Source of the DNA: Selaginella moellendorffii
Lineage: Eukaryota > Plantae > Lycopodiophyta
Direction of reading: 5' to 3'
DNA length: 64,000 bases
Assembly: GCF_000143415.4 (NCBI RefSeq)
Contig: NW_003314312.1
Location: 1,169,299-1,233,298 of the forward strand
This document shows, piece after piece, positions 50,988 to 64,000 of this stretch. Made by a program: the position numbers and the translations under genes. The number at the start of each line of letters is the position of its first letter. Within the stretch, counting starts at the first letter, position 1. The notes beneath the pieces are model-generated. The model was given only the letters and a program-made list of their open reading frames with translations. It did no database searches and was not told the DNA's origin.

Positions 50988-51916
50988 GGGAAGATCGATT
51001 TCATCTTTTTCAATCTTCCCGATGGAATACCACCACTGCAGGGGGATACTCTGTCATGGAATGTATTGCAAGCCCAACACATTTCCCAAGCCTTAAAGGT
51101 TGCAAGTAGCTTCATGACATACGAGGGTGTGGTTGTCATGATCCTTCCCCGCTCTCTAATGTGCGAAGGCCTTCTCGCACACTTGGCTGATAAGGATGAT
51201 GGATTTGTTGAGTTTTCATTTGGCTGCTTTCTTTCAAGTATGGCAATGGACACAAAAGGCACTAGTGGGCAGAAGCAAAAGGTGTGTGACTTCTTTATTT
51301 ATAAATTAACTCTATTCTATTTTTTTTTTCCAGATTTATTCTTGGAACAATTAATGCCACAAGAGCTGACAAGCGTGCTGCTCTTGCTTTACCAAGATAT
51401 GACAGCTCTATAGACATCATCCAAAATGTGATTGACTCAGATGTTCTTCACCCAACGTTCTCTGGTTATCAACATCGTTCGGTCATGGCCATGCAGATCT
51501 TATTGGAGTTATTCTGTCCGCCAAAGGGGATTGTGCTTGATGCTACAGCAGGATTTGGATCAATGGTGCAAGCAGCAAAAGAGACAGGGCGAGCTGTTTT
51601 TGCACTTGAGAAGGAAGGTGCCTTTGAGGACATTCTTAGGAGATTTTGCGACAGGTGATGTTAGTGCTTGAAATAATCTATAATATTTATTCTCAAATGT
51701 TTTTATGTCATTAGGTTTACACTTATCACACACAATGTTTCAGTCCACACGTTTCATCTTCATGATATGAATGATCATATGGACCAAAGTCAATTCCACT
51801 TACCTATTTATGTTGAACGTATGGCACAACATTACATACAACACGAGCCTATAGTGAAGGAGCATTCCTCTATACCCATTTCTGAGTTTCTGGATATGGA
51901 AGCAGAAGAAGATTGA
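50988..51916 (+). CDS. Cargo 3' part: beta-class N4-cytosine/N6-adenine DNA methyltransferase-like domain, 3 exons; 5' end disrupted
   Basis: KIDFIFFNLPDG (motif IV position), ALKVASSFMTYEGVVVMI, then ILLELFCPPKGIVLDATAGFGSMVQAAKETGRAVFALE (motifs X-I-II); introns ~51283-51333 and ~51655-51715; ends FLDMEAEED*. Confidence 0.75.
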
Positions 51917-52449
51917 TTATATTCTGATTTTAATATAAATTATATTGTTTAATATATTATTTTCTTTCTTTGTAGACTAAAAGATTAGTTCGTGTCGAAC
52001 CAATAATCTACATGAGCTTATGGAATACCTTAAACACCTAGATTTTATGTTAAAAATTTTTGGTTCGGGACGAACTAAGGTAGTGCCATTAAACTTTCGC
52101 TAGTTAGGGGATTATATTGACTTCCTTTGACTTTCATTGACTTTCATTGACTTGAGCTCAGCTCAAAAACGACCCAGCCCCCCAACTTTGCCATTGGTGC
52201 CATGTAACCTTCCAATTCAAAATATGAATGAGTTTTTTTGACGAAATAAATGAACATAAATATAATAGAATTGTAAACTTCAATGCAAATTATCTGAACA
52301 TTAATATTAAACAAAATACTAATGATGATTAAAGCTGATTAATATCACTTAACTATGGTAACAAATATGTGATAACACATGGGTTTATTATATATTTACA
52401 TATGTGCAAATATATTTTCTTACTAGTTCTATTAAAAAATATTATACAT

Positions 52450-52740
52450 TTCCATACATATTGAAGGGAACCAATTCAGCTCTTCCGCCAAACCAGTTGG
52501 TATACACAGGACAATGGAAGTATCCGATGCCAACTTCATTTTTTTGAAGGCAAGAGTTTTATTCATGCAGTCTCTGGTCCACGATTACACTAGAAGAAAT
52601 ATTTTCAAGCAAAGGAAGCATGCGTATGTCAAAACTATTTTTTCCTTTTTGGTCATGCATATGCCCAGAAAGGGTATCTGAAGAAGGATGCTGATTCTAA
52701 ATGTGATGCCTGAAAGGAATGTAGCATCTTCATCCCACAT
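52450..52740 (+). pseudogene. Orphan duplicate of the LRR gene's last exon and 3' region
   Basis: gaagggaaccaattcagctcttccgccaaaccagttggtataca identical to ~32750-32791; reads YIEGNQFSSSAKPVGIHRTMEVSDANFIF*. Confidence 0.75.
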
Positions 52741-54008
52741 GCTACAGTTACTATCATATACTAGCAACTTTGCTGGTCTATATAAAAATAAATCCTCTTC
52801 TCAGAAAGAAAAAGTGTTCAAATGAACGCTATTTGGAAATCTATTTAAAAATCACATGGGTGAAGTATTTTCAGTTCAATCCATACCTTTGAAATTTTTT
52901 GGATTTTGTTTTTCACAAAAATACACTAAAGGTCATTCACAATTTCAACATGCTCCAAGTCTTCATTCTCTTGCATCACATAGGTAAAGTCATCCACCTT
53001 ACACTAATTTAGCGAGTACCTCCCAAGAGTAAGCATGCCAAAGAGCTGCAAGCAACACAATGCATTAATGCCCGATGACATTCCAAGCAAGAGTGTCAAG
53101 GAATTCATTTTTTTAAAATGGAAATTTCTAAATTTTCTAAACTTTCAAAGCTAAAAGCATTGAACATGGATCATTTTTGTGTTTCCTGACCATCTAGAAA
53201 AAATACAGTAGGACTCATGTGGCTGCTCTCAATGTAGCCTCTTGTAGAGAAAAGACTGCCTCCTTGACACAGGACGTGCTCTGCTTTGGCCATGAGCCCA
53301 TTGTTCACATAAAATTTGATCATGACAGCATGTGGTTTCACCAGGTTTTGCTCAAATCGTGTGCAATAGACCTACTTGGCTCTTTCCATGTTCTGGACAT
53401 GCCCAGGCTCTCACATTCTTGGTGCTAGCTCTATTGATTATAAGGCTGTGTGCCACTCAAGGTCTTTAGTCTGCTCCAAATATCTTCCACCTCCATTGCC
53501 TTGTATAGAGATTTTCTCACAGATCAATCTTCTTGACAGCTTCCTCTGCTTCTCTCGTGATTCTAGGGACTGTGTCAAGACCGAGACTGATACCCCATGG
53601 TTCGAACTCTAGGAGACTTTACATTCAATACATCTATACAAAGAGGAACTTTTTCATGTCAAATCAAATTGAGATTGAAAACAAAAATACAACCCTGAAA
53701 ATGGCCCTCATCAAAACAATTGAGAGCACTACTTTCTCATCTAGACTCCAAGACAAGGCATCAATATGAACCTTCCAAGTCAGAAATAAAGAGCAATTTG
53801 GGTAAATGAAAAAATAATAGAAGGCTACAAAATAAGAGATTTTGCCATATCTATTGGTGTAAATTGGTGCACATTGCATTGCTATTTTAGAAGCATAGGT
53901 TGGAAAGAAGTGTATCCAGTCAAGACTCTTGCCAAAATTGAAGAACTTAAAGAGAATACACACAAGAAATGGCTTATAAATAATTTTTGGATAGTGAGAA
54001 TGAATTAT

Positions 54009-57000
54009 TGACAACTAGAAGCCCAACTAGAACCCTAAACTCATAGTTCAAGAGCTGCATAAGAACAAAAGTTTTTATTCCTCTAACAATTCAGCCAAGA
54101 CTTTAGCTAGCAATCTAATCCACTCTTGCCCACACTGTAGGCACACTATACTCACTTGCTGCTCACTAGATACTTTGCTTGTTTCGCACGTTGCCACACT
54201 TGAATACACCATGTCACCACATTAGCTCTATGCTATGCTCCATTGTTTTGCCTCTCCAACTCATGCCAAGCTTCACTTGTCTCCCTAACTTCTCTTAACT
54301 TCCTCTCTTCTTGTCACAAATTCTTGGAATATCCTTCTTTTGAATATTCTCTAGAATCTCAACACTTCTCACAACTTGCCAACTCTTCAAATATTAGAAA
54401 AAAAAAAGAGATTGCCATACCTTGACAATGTTGTATCATTGACATCACCCCACCACTATACTTGGTGCATTGTCCTTGAGGCACAAAGAAGGTTGCTCAA
54501 AGTATTTCTTCACATAATAACCATTTACTTGCGTTGGCAATAAATTCCCTGTAAAATCTTGAAGCTGGACCAATCCATTTCCAAAGATCTCTGCCACTAG
54601 ATATGGCCCTGTCCAAAGACACTTCAACTTTCCAAGATGTCGAATCATAGAGCAAAACTTTATTGCCAACCAGAAACTCTTAGTGCTGATCATCCCAAAC
54701 CTTGTGATGTCATTGAATGACTGCATGAGCTTGAAATGCCAAGAGCTGCCTCTCATCCAACTTATCAAGCTGCTACAACCTGTTTTTGATAGCCCCGTCC
54801 CAATCAAAATCATGTTCCATAGCTATGTGCAAAGATGGAATTTCCAGCTCAATTGACAACACTGCTTCCTATCCATACACCAGCTGAAATGGTGAAGCCT
54901 GTGTCATCACTTTGAAAGCCACCCTATAAGCCCAAATTGCATCTAAAAACTGCTTGTCCCAATTTATCATATTGGCTGAATAAGTCTTTGAAATAATATT
55001 GCAAAGCATACCATTAGTCTGCTCGACCTGACCATTACAATGAGGATAATATGGGCTCGATTTCCTGTGAGCCACACTATACAGTTTTGTCAATGAAGCT
55101 ACCACCTCGTTCAGAAATTGAGACCTCGGTCACTAAAGGACCACCCAACCTGGGTATGGACTTTCTGGTCCAAGAATTGAGCACTTTTCCTGCCTGTAGC
55201 TTCCTTCAAAACTTTCACCTCAGCCCACTTGGTCACATAATCTGTACAAACTAGCACATACCTACACTAAGTATGCTTGTAAGATGGAAGAGGTCCCACA
55301 AAATTGATTCCCCACTTCTCCAAATGGTAAAACTAGAAGAAGTGGTTGCAATGACATCATATTGCGTCATGTTGGATTCTCTGTCCTCTGACATGGATCA
55401 CAACCTCACACATAATCTGCAATACCTTATGCATAGTCAGCCACTAATAACTTGCTCTCTTCACCAACTTGATTGTGACTAGTGAATCATGGCAATAATA
55501 TATAATTGAAGGTACCTCATGCGATAAAACACATCTCTTAAGCATGCCATCATTTCCCACTCAATACAACTACCCCGCAATAAGAGTAAATTGTAGAGAC
55601 TAAAAAAGCAATCACTTCTTTTGCTTGCTTGAAAATTTTGGAGGATACTTGCCACTCACCAAAAATTGCACTACCTTAGAATGGGAACAACTTCAACTTG
55701 AAAAACCAGCTCGTCCAAGCTCTCAAGATCCACTTGAAAAATATTTACATCTGGTAGCTCATCCTTGACACCCTTTTCTTTATCTGCAATAAGAGTTGGC
55801 AACTAAGAAAGATGATCTAGCATATTGTGACTCTACCCAGGCTTAAGAACTATTTTAAACTGAAACTCTTGCAAAATTAGCAACCAATGAGTCACTCTAT
55901 CTGTCCTGCATGGCTTCAAAATAAGATACTTCAAGGCCTAGTGATCAATATAAAAAGTAAACTCCTTGCCCAGCAAATAGTGTTGATACTGCTGCACAAA
56001 AATCATTCCTAGTCCTTCCCGCTCTGTTGCTAAATAGTTCTTCTTTGTTGTAGAAAGCTAGCTACTATCATAACTCAAAGGATGATCCCATCCATCTTCA
56101 AAAGGCTAGGATAAAATTGAACCAATCACCACTACCAAAGCATCCACATAAACATGGAATTCTTGAGACCAATTTGGCATCTTCAAAATTGGGGACATGA
56201 CCAAAGCTTGCTTCAAGTCTTCAAAAGCCTGCTAACATTTCTCATTCCACTCATACTTCACGTCCTTACGCAGCAACTCAGTCAATGGCAAATCTTTTTC
56301 AGCATATCTCCTCATAGATCTGCGATGGTATCCTATATGCCCCAAGAAAGGTTGCACTAGTAAAGCTTGCATAACTTTTGTTTTACTAGGATCAATTGCT
56401 AATCTTTCTCAAGAAACAATCCTTCCCAATAGTACTCCATATGTAACTCCAAAACTACACTTGAAAGAGTTGAGTGAAATTCTAAATTGCCTACACCTGT
56501 CAAAGAAATTAGCAAGTGTCTTCTTGTGTTGTTCAACATCAGTGAACACACTAAAATCATTCAAAAATACCTCGATGAAATCTTACATAAAAGGTTGGAA
56601 GGCTGTTGTTACCACTCTTTGGAAACTTGCAGGTGCATTTATTAAGCCAAAAGGCATCACCCAATATGCATAGCATCCCCACTTTGTCACAAATGTAGTC
56701 TTAAGCTAGTCCTCTTCAGCTATTCGAATTTGATTGTAGCGGCTGAAACCATCAAGAAAAGAGTAGAGCCCATGGCCTGTAACTAAATCCAGCACTGTGT
56801 CTATAAATGGCAATGGAAAGCCATCTTTCCTTGTTGCATCATTCAACTTCCTGTAATTTACACAAATTTGAAGTTGAGCATTCTTCTTCTTGATGACTAC
56901 AATTGGAGAAAGCCATTCACTAACTTCCACTTTGAAGATAAAACCAACTCACAACAACTTCTCAATCTCGATAGTTACACAATGACTTCACTAAACTCAT

Positions 57001-60000
57001 CTGCTTCTCGTGATCCAGTTAGGCACCAATCTTCACCACCCTAAAGCTTCCTGGCATCCCTAGGTCCAAATTGATCAACTTGGGAGGCTTGATAAATCTC
57101 GACTTGTTTCCAACTTGTATTGCTGGCTCTTTATAAATTGCAAAAGATTGTTCTACCCTTGCAAAAAATGCTTTGGGTACTGCAATGACTTAGCTTGGTC
57201 TGAAAGCTTTGGAACTTCAGCCTATACCATACTACATACCACATCCCCTTTCCATAACCAATGCTTCAAACGATCAATGCTAAAATCACACTCAAAAGGT
57301 GATAAGGCCATGTCAGCATAGTTGTCATCTTCTCTTTTTGGACCAGAGCTACTTCTTCGTCCTCTTCTGAGTCATCACTAGAACCTGAATTAGAGCAAGA
57401 ATTCTCCTCTTCCTCACTGCCAGAAGTAGTATCACTACTGTTGTCATATTAAAGTTTAGCTCGGCTATATCCATCTTCACATCTGTAAGAACTCCCAGCG
57501 GCTTCACTTGACTCTGATCTGCCATCCTAACATGGAAATTCACTAGTACAGGTACATCTAGAATAATATTTACTCCTCTCCCTCCATCCAACGAGCAATG
57601 CTTGATTCGTTTACTTGCTATCTCCACTTCAATCGCCGGAGAAGACATATCTGCTATGATTAGCCATGCTGAATTCACCACTACCTCTCTATGAGATCAC
57701 ATTGTAGTAAAAACAATCCTTCGAAGCCTTGGAGCTAACTGAAGTAATTGTTGGTTTTTTATTGTCCAAGTCCCTCAAAATATCATAAGGAGAAACTTCC
57801 AGATTCAAGACTCGTCTATACCTCTGCCTCTTCCCTGCTCTGAGTGGCTTCTTACTCCCTCTAAACTAATCAAAGAGCTAACTCACCTTCATTGGAGAAG
57901 GAACACTTACATTCTTGAGTATTGCCATTGAATTTGGAGTGCACACTTCATTTTCCTTTCCATTCTTGACTTGAACTAAAATAGGAGTTGACCTAAAATT
58001 TCTTGCCTCTATTTCCCTGGCCTCACACCTTTTGCCTTCCTGTGATGTGCTCAAGATCACTCTCCTCTTTAGGATCTGCAAAAACATCCTTGTTTTGATC
58101 ATGCTAGTGGTTGTGAGTCTACACCATCTAGGTAGGCACATCTTTCAGTCCACAACTATGACCTGTGTGTAGCTTATAATGAGTCCAGTCTAGGTCTGCT
58201 TTTTGAATAAATACAGCTTGCAGATTGACTACTTCCTTGCCATAGTCCTACTTCAACTTGTGGGGACACTGATCTTGAGGATGGAGGCTTTGAGTTCCAC
58301 ACACTCCACACATTGGCTGGTAATCTTCTGGCTTCCTTACATATGGACAATCTGCTTGAATATGACCAAACTCCCAACATCTATAGCATTGAGGACCTCT
58401 GCCACGGCCTCTTCCACATCCCATCCCTTACTGCTGTTGCACTCCAATTGCTACAGTATATGCTCAAACACTTGTAGGTGCATACTATTGCATCATATTC
58501 TCGTGGTATGGAACTTGCAGCCAATATGGTGATGGAGTTTACATTTGAACATGATAACTTGGAACCACAGGTACTTGCGATTGTGGAAAACTCGTTGATG
58601 GAGGCACATGTTGCATATAAAGCTGCTGCTGCTGCTAATAGATAGGTACTGCTTGTGCTTATGCTCTCATAGGATGATAAAAACAATTTTCCGATACATG
58701 GTTAGACAGACCACAGAATTGACAACTTACTCTCACTTCCTGGACTAGACACTCATTTGGATATTGACCATAATTCTTGCATTTTGCGCACTAGACATTT
58801 GAGCGATCACACACTGGCTTAGGAGGATTCTGAATGCCCTTGATCCAATTAACTTGTAAGTCTGCCATCTTCTTTGTAAGAGCCTCAATGAAATCTTCTT
58901 TAACCTTGTTCATCTGCACCTTTAGTGATGGGGCTAAAACCTGAAATTGCATAGGCGCCACTGGAGCCACTGCTGGGATCAAAGTTGGAGCTGTCACACC
59001 CTTCAAAATTCCAGGTACTTTGCTTGGATAGACTCCTAGATTTGCATGATCTAGCAAGCCTACTGACTGTGTAGCCATTCCTCCAAGGACTGATGATGCT
59101 TGGACATGTCCAGAACGACTTGGCAACTTGGCTTACTCAATCTGTGATGCCAAAGTGATTGCTGTGTCAAGATCAGCTAGTTTATGGCATTGCACATAGA
59201 AGGATGCACTCTCTAGTAAGCCTTGCCAAAAATATCGACCCTGATTGTCTTCTGTAGGTTTTGGATCCTTCTTCGAGAGGAGCTGCCAAAATCTCATTGT
59301 ATACCGTTGAATAGTTTCTCCTAGCAGCAAAATAATCATACTGAGCTCATCACTCATTGATGGAATCCTGTAGGGCAGCATTTAAAAGTGCAGTCTTCAA
59401 ATCGTCCCAATTAGTGAAAGCTGCTCTTGCCGCCGCTACTGCATACTCTGCGGCAACATCCTTCAACGTCACTGGAAAAGTCTCTGCTGCAAAGCTTGTT
59501 CACTATTTTCCATGCTTACATTCTTGAACGTGGTGACATGCTCATTGGGATTACAAAATGTCACATACATAGGATACTCCATTTGGCTTGTAGCTGCTGG
59601 TGGTGGTACTGTTGCCATCATGATAAATGATTGCTGTTGTTGGTGTAATGGTGAACTTTGATAAGGTCCCCACTCTTCCTCCTCAGTCTGCTGTGACTTT
59701 TGTGGTGTTTTTTCTAAAGAAGATGCTGGATCATTTTGTTGGCCTGTCTTTTTCCTGTTTTTATGATTTCTCCCTTCTAAGAATATTTGCTTTTTCTATT
59801 TGTTCTTGTTGTCGTCTCTGGCCACACATGCACAAGTTACCACTCCATAGCTTGCCTTCCATGCTCAGCTTCAATCCTCACGAACACAGCTCCTGGCTAA
59901 CACACCAAACATGACAACTAAAAGTTCAACTAGAACCCTAAACTCATACTCCAAGAGCTGCGTAAGAACAAAAGCTTTTAATTCAGCCAAGACATCAGCT

Positions 60001-60130
60001 AGCAGCCTAATCCACTCTTGTCCACAGTGTGGGCACACTGTACTCACTTGCTGCTCACTAGAATTTCTCTTAACTTCCTCTCACGAACTCTTGGAATATC
60101 CATGGCCTTGACAATGTTTTATCACTGAAA
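54009..60130 (-). mobile_element. Decayed Athila/Tat-like Ty3/gypsy element with both LTRs
   Basis: LTRs 54009-54444 and 59912-60130 (internally deleted); TSD ATTAT/ATTAC; RT EWLSPIVVIKKKN...YSFLDGFSRYNQI; IN SPYYPHCNGQVE; WTGPY. Confidence 0.82.
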
Positions 60131-60299
60131 ATTACCTCTCTAGATGTAATGCGAGGAAAGAACACAATAACAAGGAGAATAACTAGGGAAAGAAAACAAA
60201 TAATAAGCCCCTATCACATTTCTCTTCAAAGACACTCTCATGTTCAAAAAAATCACTTATCCTAGAAGAAAACTGTTAAATATATATTGTTGTGTGAAT

Positions 60300-61680
60300 T
60301 GTGGAGGTGAATTATCAACTAAATTCATCTCAATTGGGCAAGCAAGGATTGGCAAATGCTACAACCTATTCTTCACTGGATTGTGATAGGAGAAGAGTAC
60401 ACTAACGCTAGGCACATTAACACTTCCAATCTATGCCCAAGCAAAAACATAGATAAAGGACTCATCCCAAGATAAACTTAAGTCATGGAGCATGGCCATT
60501 ACAATGCTCTTTGAACAGATTATGGCATGCATCCTCCACCATCATTACTATCACTGCCACCACTAAATCTTTGAAGTTGGGCAATCTAGTGCAAAATAGT
60601 GAATTTAACAAACAACCTAGAGCCAAAAGTGTTACAAACTTTCATGACAATATAGTGGACAAATGCTTCCAAGAAATTATTATGTGGACAAGGGAAAAAG
60701 TAATTCACCAAACTCTTGAGGGGTTCAAATGGCTAAGCCTAAATGGGAAATCTTCCTTTACCATTTGAAACAGATGAACAACATCCAAATATGTTAACCT
60801 GGATATATACAACCTATTCAAATAAAATAGCCTTTCAATAAATATTAGTATGTCTTTAGTCTCTTTCTGCAAACCATGAATAATAGATATTGTTACTATC
60901 ATATCTAAGATCATGAAAAGTTGGGATCCTATTTGGAGGAAAAGGTCCCTTTAATTCACTAACATAGTTATCAATCATCCTAAGACTTGGCAACTTATAG
61001 GAACAATATTCCAAATTATTGATGGTAACCATCAATATGGAGTTTAGATGAAGTGTATTAATGTTTATTTTGTGATACATTTTAATTGACCATGTCTATA
61101 TAAGGGGACCAATATCAATAAACTTATCTTGGCTTACCAAAAGATCAATGCATAACTTTACTAAAATTTTACCTTTAACTCTACTTTAATTTACTTTGTC
61201 ATGGTTGAATGCATGTTTGAGTAGTTTTTTGTCCAAAAGTAAAACTTTGTTTATGACATTAAGCAATTTTATTTTTTGGCAGACTTGAATGAGGATAACA
61301 TTTGACAATATTATAGTGATGATCTCGCAACACTTGTTTAACATTTATACACTCGGAATGACAATATGACATAGTTTAACAACTTAATCAATTTTATGCT
61401 TGTAGTATGGTGTAAGGTATATCTTTTATAAAGATTTAGTTTGGTTTTAGCCTTTAGTGAAGATAAAGCAAAATGCATATGAATTTATACATCTGGAGAA
61501 GAGTCAAGAAGAGGTTTTAGCTAAGTTTGTATAAATTGAGTACAAGGTTTTGTCCTTCCAGGCTAAGAACACCTCATGTGCTGGCTGGATAAAGCTCTCT
61601 ATGGGCTGAAACAAAGCCCCAGGTCTTGGTATAACAAGATTAATGGTTTTCTAATTACTCTTGGCTTCATATGCAGCTCT
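60300..61680. mobile_element. Decayed Copia RT/RNase H fragments (plus-strand piece clear; minus-strand piece at ~60300-61100 weaker)
   Basis: Plus ~61590-61660 KALYGLKQSPRSWYNKINGFL; minus-strand remnants heavily degraded. Confidence 0.55.
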
Positions 61681-63433
61681 TTCTCTCTCTTGATCTCTCG
61701 ATCTCTCGCACTCTGTACACACTCGATTTCTTACATGCTGAACTCATAATGCAAAAAGTAACCTAATCTTGGCAGCTACCCAAACCCTAATCCTAACAGC
61801 TGCCCTAACCCTAAAAAATCTCTCATCCTGGCCATTCATTCAGAATAACTTAAATCTCATGATTTCTTTAATCTTATGGTTCTTTATTTTATAACGATAT
61901 AACTAGCACTTGTCAATATTTCAGCTATTAGAGAAATGATATTTTTTTTTCTAAATTATCTAGAAAGGATGCATTCTCATCAATATTTTGTACATATTTT
62001 GGAATCATTACAAGAAATTTAAAGAGTATAAATAAGGCAGGACAAAATATGTTGTACGATATTAATCTATAAATGGATGAATCCTCATCCATAAATTTAT
62101 TTTTTATTATATTAGAACCTAAACATTAGGTATGTGCTTTAAATGTGATCAACTAGTATTCATAATTATGGATAAAACTCAACTCATACTGAGAATTGAA
62201 TCTATTATTGAGGAATTATTATTACTTAGCCTTAAGATTTGACAAGATTTATCATCACCTAGATGTAAGATTTGAAAACTTGACACTTCACGTGTGCTGA
62301 CAGTCAGATAAGATCACTTAGATCTACATGCCATAGTAGAATGTCATTACTGACATCACCACTAACAATTAAACTTCACGTACTGAAAATTCTTCCTTGG
62401 ATCTTTGTGTATGTATTCATAACAGATGACAGTAACATTACAATTGTCACATTTGCACATATTAGATATGTTGTGGTATTTATATTCACTTTGTATATTA
62501 TTGACCTTCTTCTTATTGCTCTCCTTAAATTCTAATTTATGTATCATTGTGGATCTTTACAAGCAGCATAAAGAGAAAAAGAATTCCAAAACCTATTGAG
62601 AAGGATGGAAAGGTTTCTTCTACATTTTTAAGATCACCAACCTGTTTCATTCTCTCAAAGTATTGTTTTTGAAAGTTTTTTATATCAGCATTTTAATTTT
62701 CATCTTGGCTCTATTTCATTAAAGGCTGTGATTCGCAATGACACCAGTATAGTTGTATGCTTGAAGTTTCTTCTTTTTGGTGTGGGCAAGGGTGGACAAC
62801 AATGGGATTTACAGAATTCCAAATTGAAGAATGATCTCCAGTCAAAATGCCAAGATGTGCTTCAGCTAAAATAAATGTGAAGCAAGAGTCAATTATAATC
62901 CTCTCCTCCTCCCCTAGTTCAAGTGGAGAAGTCATGTTAGTGCTAGTGTTGAATTCACCATCTCCATCTTCACCAATATTCAAATTTGTTAATAATGTTT
63001 TTCAGTTTTTGTGCCTCTTAGTTGATGTACACTTGTTTTTGTATAAGCTCGTGAGTGAGTTTCCATCCTTCTATAACAGCAACATTTTCTTTAAACTACC
63101 ACCTCTTGTCAGTAGTATAGGTTCTAAATGAAAAGGGATGGAAACCAAGCAAGATGTTCACAATTGGTGCAAGATCAAAACCACACACTTCGAACATTTT
63201 AAATCTATAGTGTCTATAGTTTATTGTAGTGGGTATTTAGATTGCGTGAATGAAGTATGCAATTGAGATTGCTATAGAAATTCTATATTTTTTGAAAGGT
63301 CTGCAATCAATTCTCTTACTCGTGACACCATTGCTATTGGACTCAAGTATCGATTTTGCAAAAATGCTCCTCTAATGCAGGAAGGGATACAAAGGACTTC
63401 TCTCAACTGTTTCAAAGATGCCATGCAGAAAAG

Positions 63434-64000
63434 TGTCGCAAATGTGACTTCGGGTATTGAAAGTTATCTGTCGACTAGTCCTTACGGACACTCTTACCTT
63501 ACTGCCACGATGGCAGGAGGTTGGTATTGCTAGACCCTTTATCAGTCCCTCTTGTGCTAGTGGAGTTAACTGGGCATTTCGAGTGTACTTAGACCGGACG
63601 AGCATAAGGACGGAATTCCTACGTGTTATTAGCTAAGCATACTTAGCTTGGTAAGGAGTTCCTGTCTCGTTTTGTCTTGCACTTGCTAGTGACAAGAACC
63701 CTCGCGTATTGAGATTAGTCCCTCAATATCGCTACATGATAGCTTACCGTGTCTACCAAACACCCTTGCTATCATGCCCTTTGTGTTAGTCTTATTTCGG
63801 TCCCAAATGCTATTTATGGAAAGTGTCCAGATTTGCTCATTTGGCACATTTACAGAATGTAGAGATTGTCCTGAACACAATGGTGTTCATCCCGTGTCCA
63901 AATTCACAATCTAGCGCCATTCCATATTTAGTAAGTTTTGAGCTTATCCTAGAGACTAACTCCTAATACTAAGGGAGGCTTGGGGTGAAAGCCCAAAGCG
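63434..64000 (+). repeat. Family B LTR, runs off the window
   Basis: Starts TGTCGCAAATGTGACTTC; close reverse complement of ~50400-50974. Confidence 0.85.

Larger units (their letters stand above)
43811..52181. mobile_element. Mutator-like DNA transposon (~8.4 kb including nested LTR) with methyltransferase-like cargo
   Basis: 9-bp TSD CCGACTTTG (43802-43810) / CCAACTTTG (52182-52190); imperfect TIRs GAGCCCGGGTAGGTTTTGAGCT vs reverse complement GGGGCTGGGTCGTTTTTGAGCT (17/22); host RNase H rejoins across it. Confidence 0.88.

Noticed and set aside
62250-62330. tRNA or tRNA-derived SINE on the minus strand
   Set aside because: Only weak A/B-box resemblance; no cloverleaf, tail or TSD.
62500-63130. 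Short minus-strand ORFs
   Set aside because: No identifiable motif.

Overview
Plant nuclear DNA with very short introns; the compact genes plus an MTPSL gene point to a lycophyte such as Selaginella (inference). 1-6 kb: housekeeping genes (PDIL5-4/ERGIC-type thioredoxin, eRF3, RBM22/MAC5-type splicing factor). 8-20 kb: nested, decayed Ty3/gypsy elements. 20-31 kb: candidate terpenoid cluster with an intronless microbial-type terpene synthase, two P450 pseudogenes, an SDR and an intronless, fungal-looking BBE-like oxidase. 31-37 kb: an LRR gene and a signal-peptide-bearing PEBP/FT-like gene broken by a gag-less Copia element. 37-64 kb: transposon nest. Top observation: an ~8.4 kb Mutator-like element (43811-52181; 9-bp TSD, TIRs) encoding a DDE/SWIM transposase and, divergently, an intron-containing cargo locus with a ParB-like domain and a prokaryote-type beta-class N4C/N6A DNA methyltransferase domain, with repeated palindromes between the two. 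This copy is degenerate. All calls come from reading motifs by eye; no searches were run.
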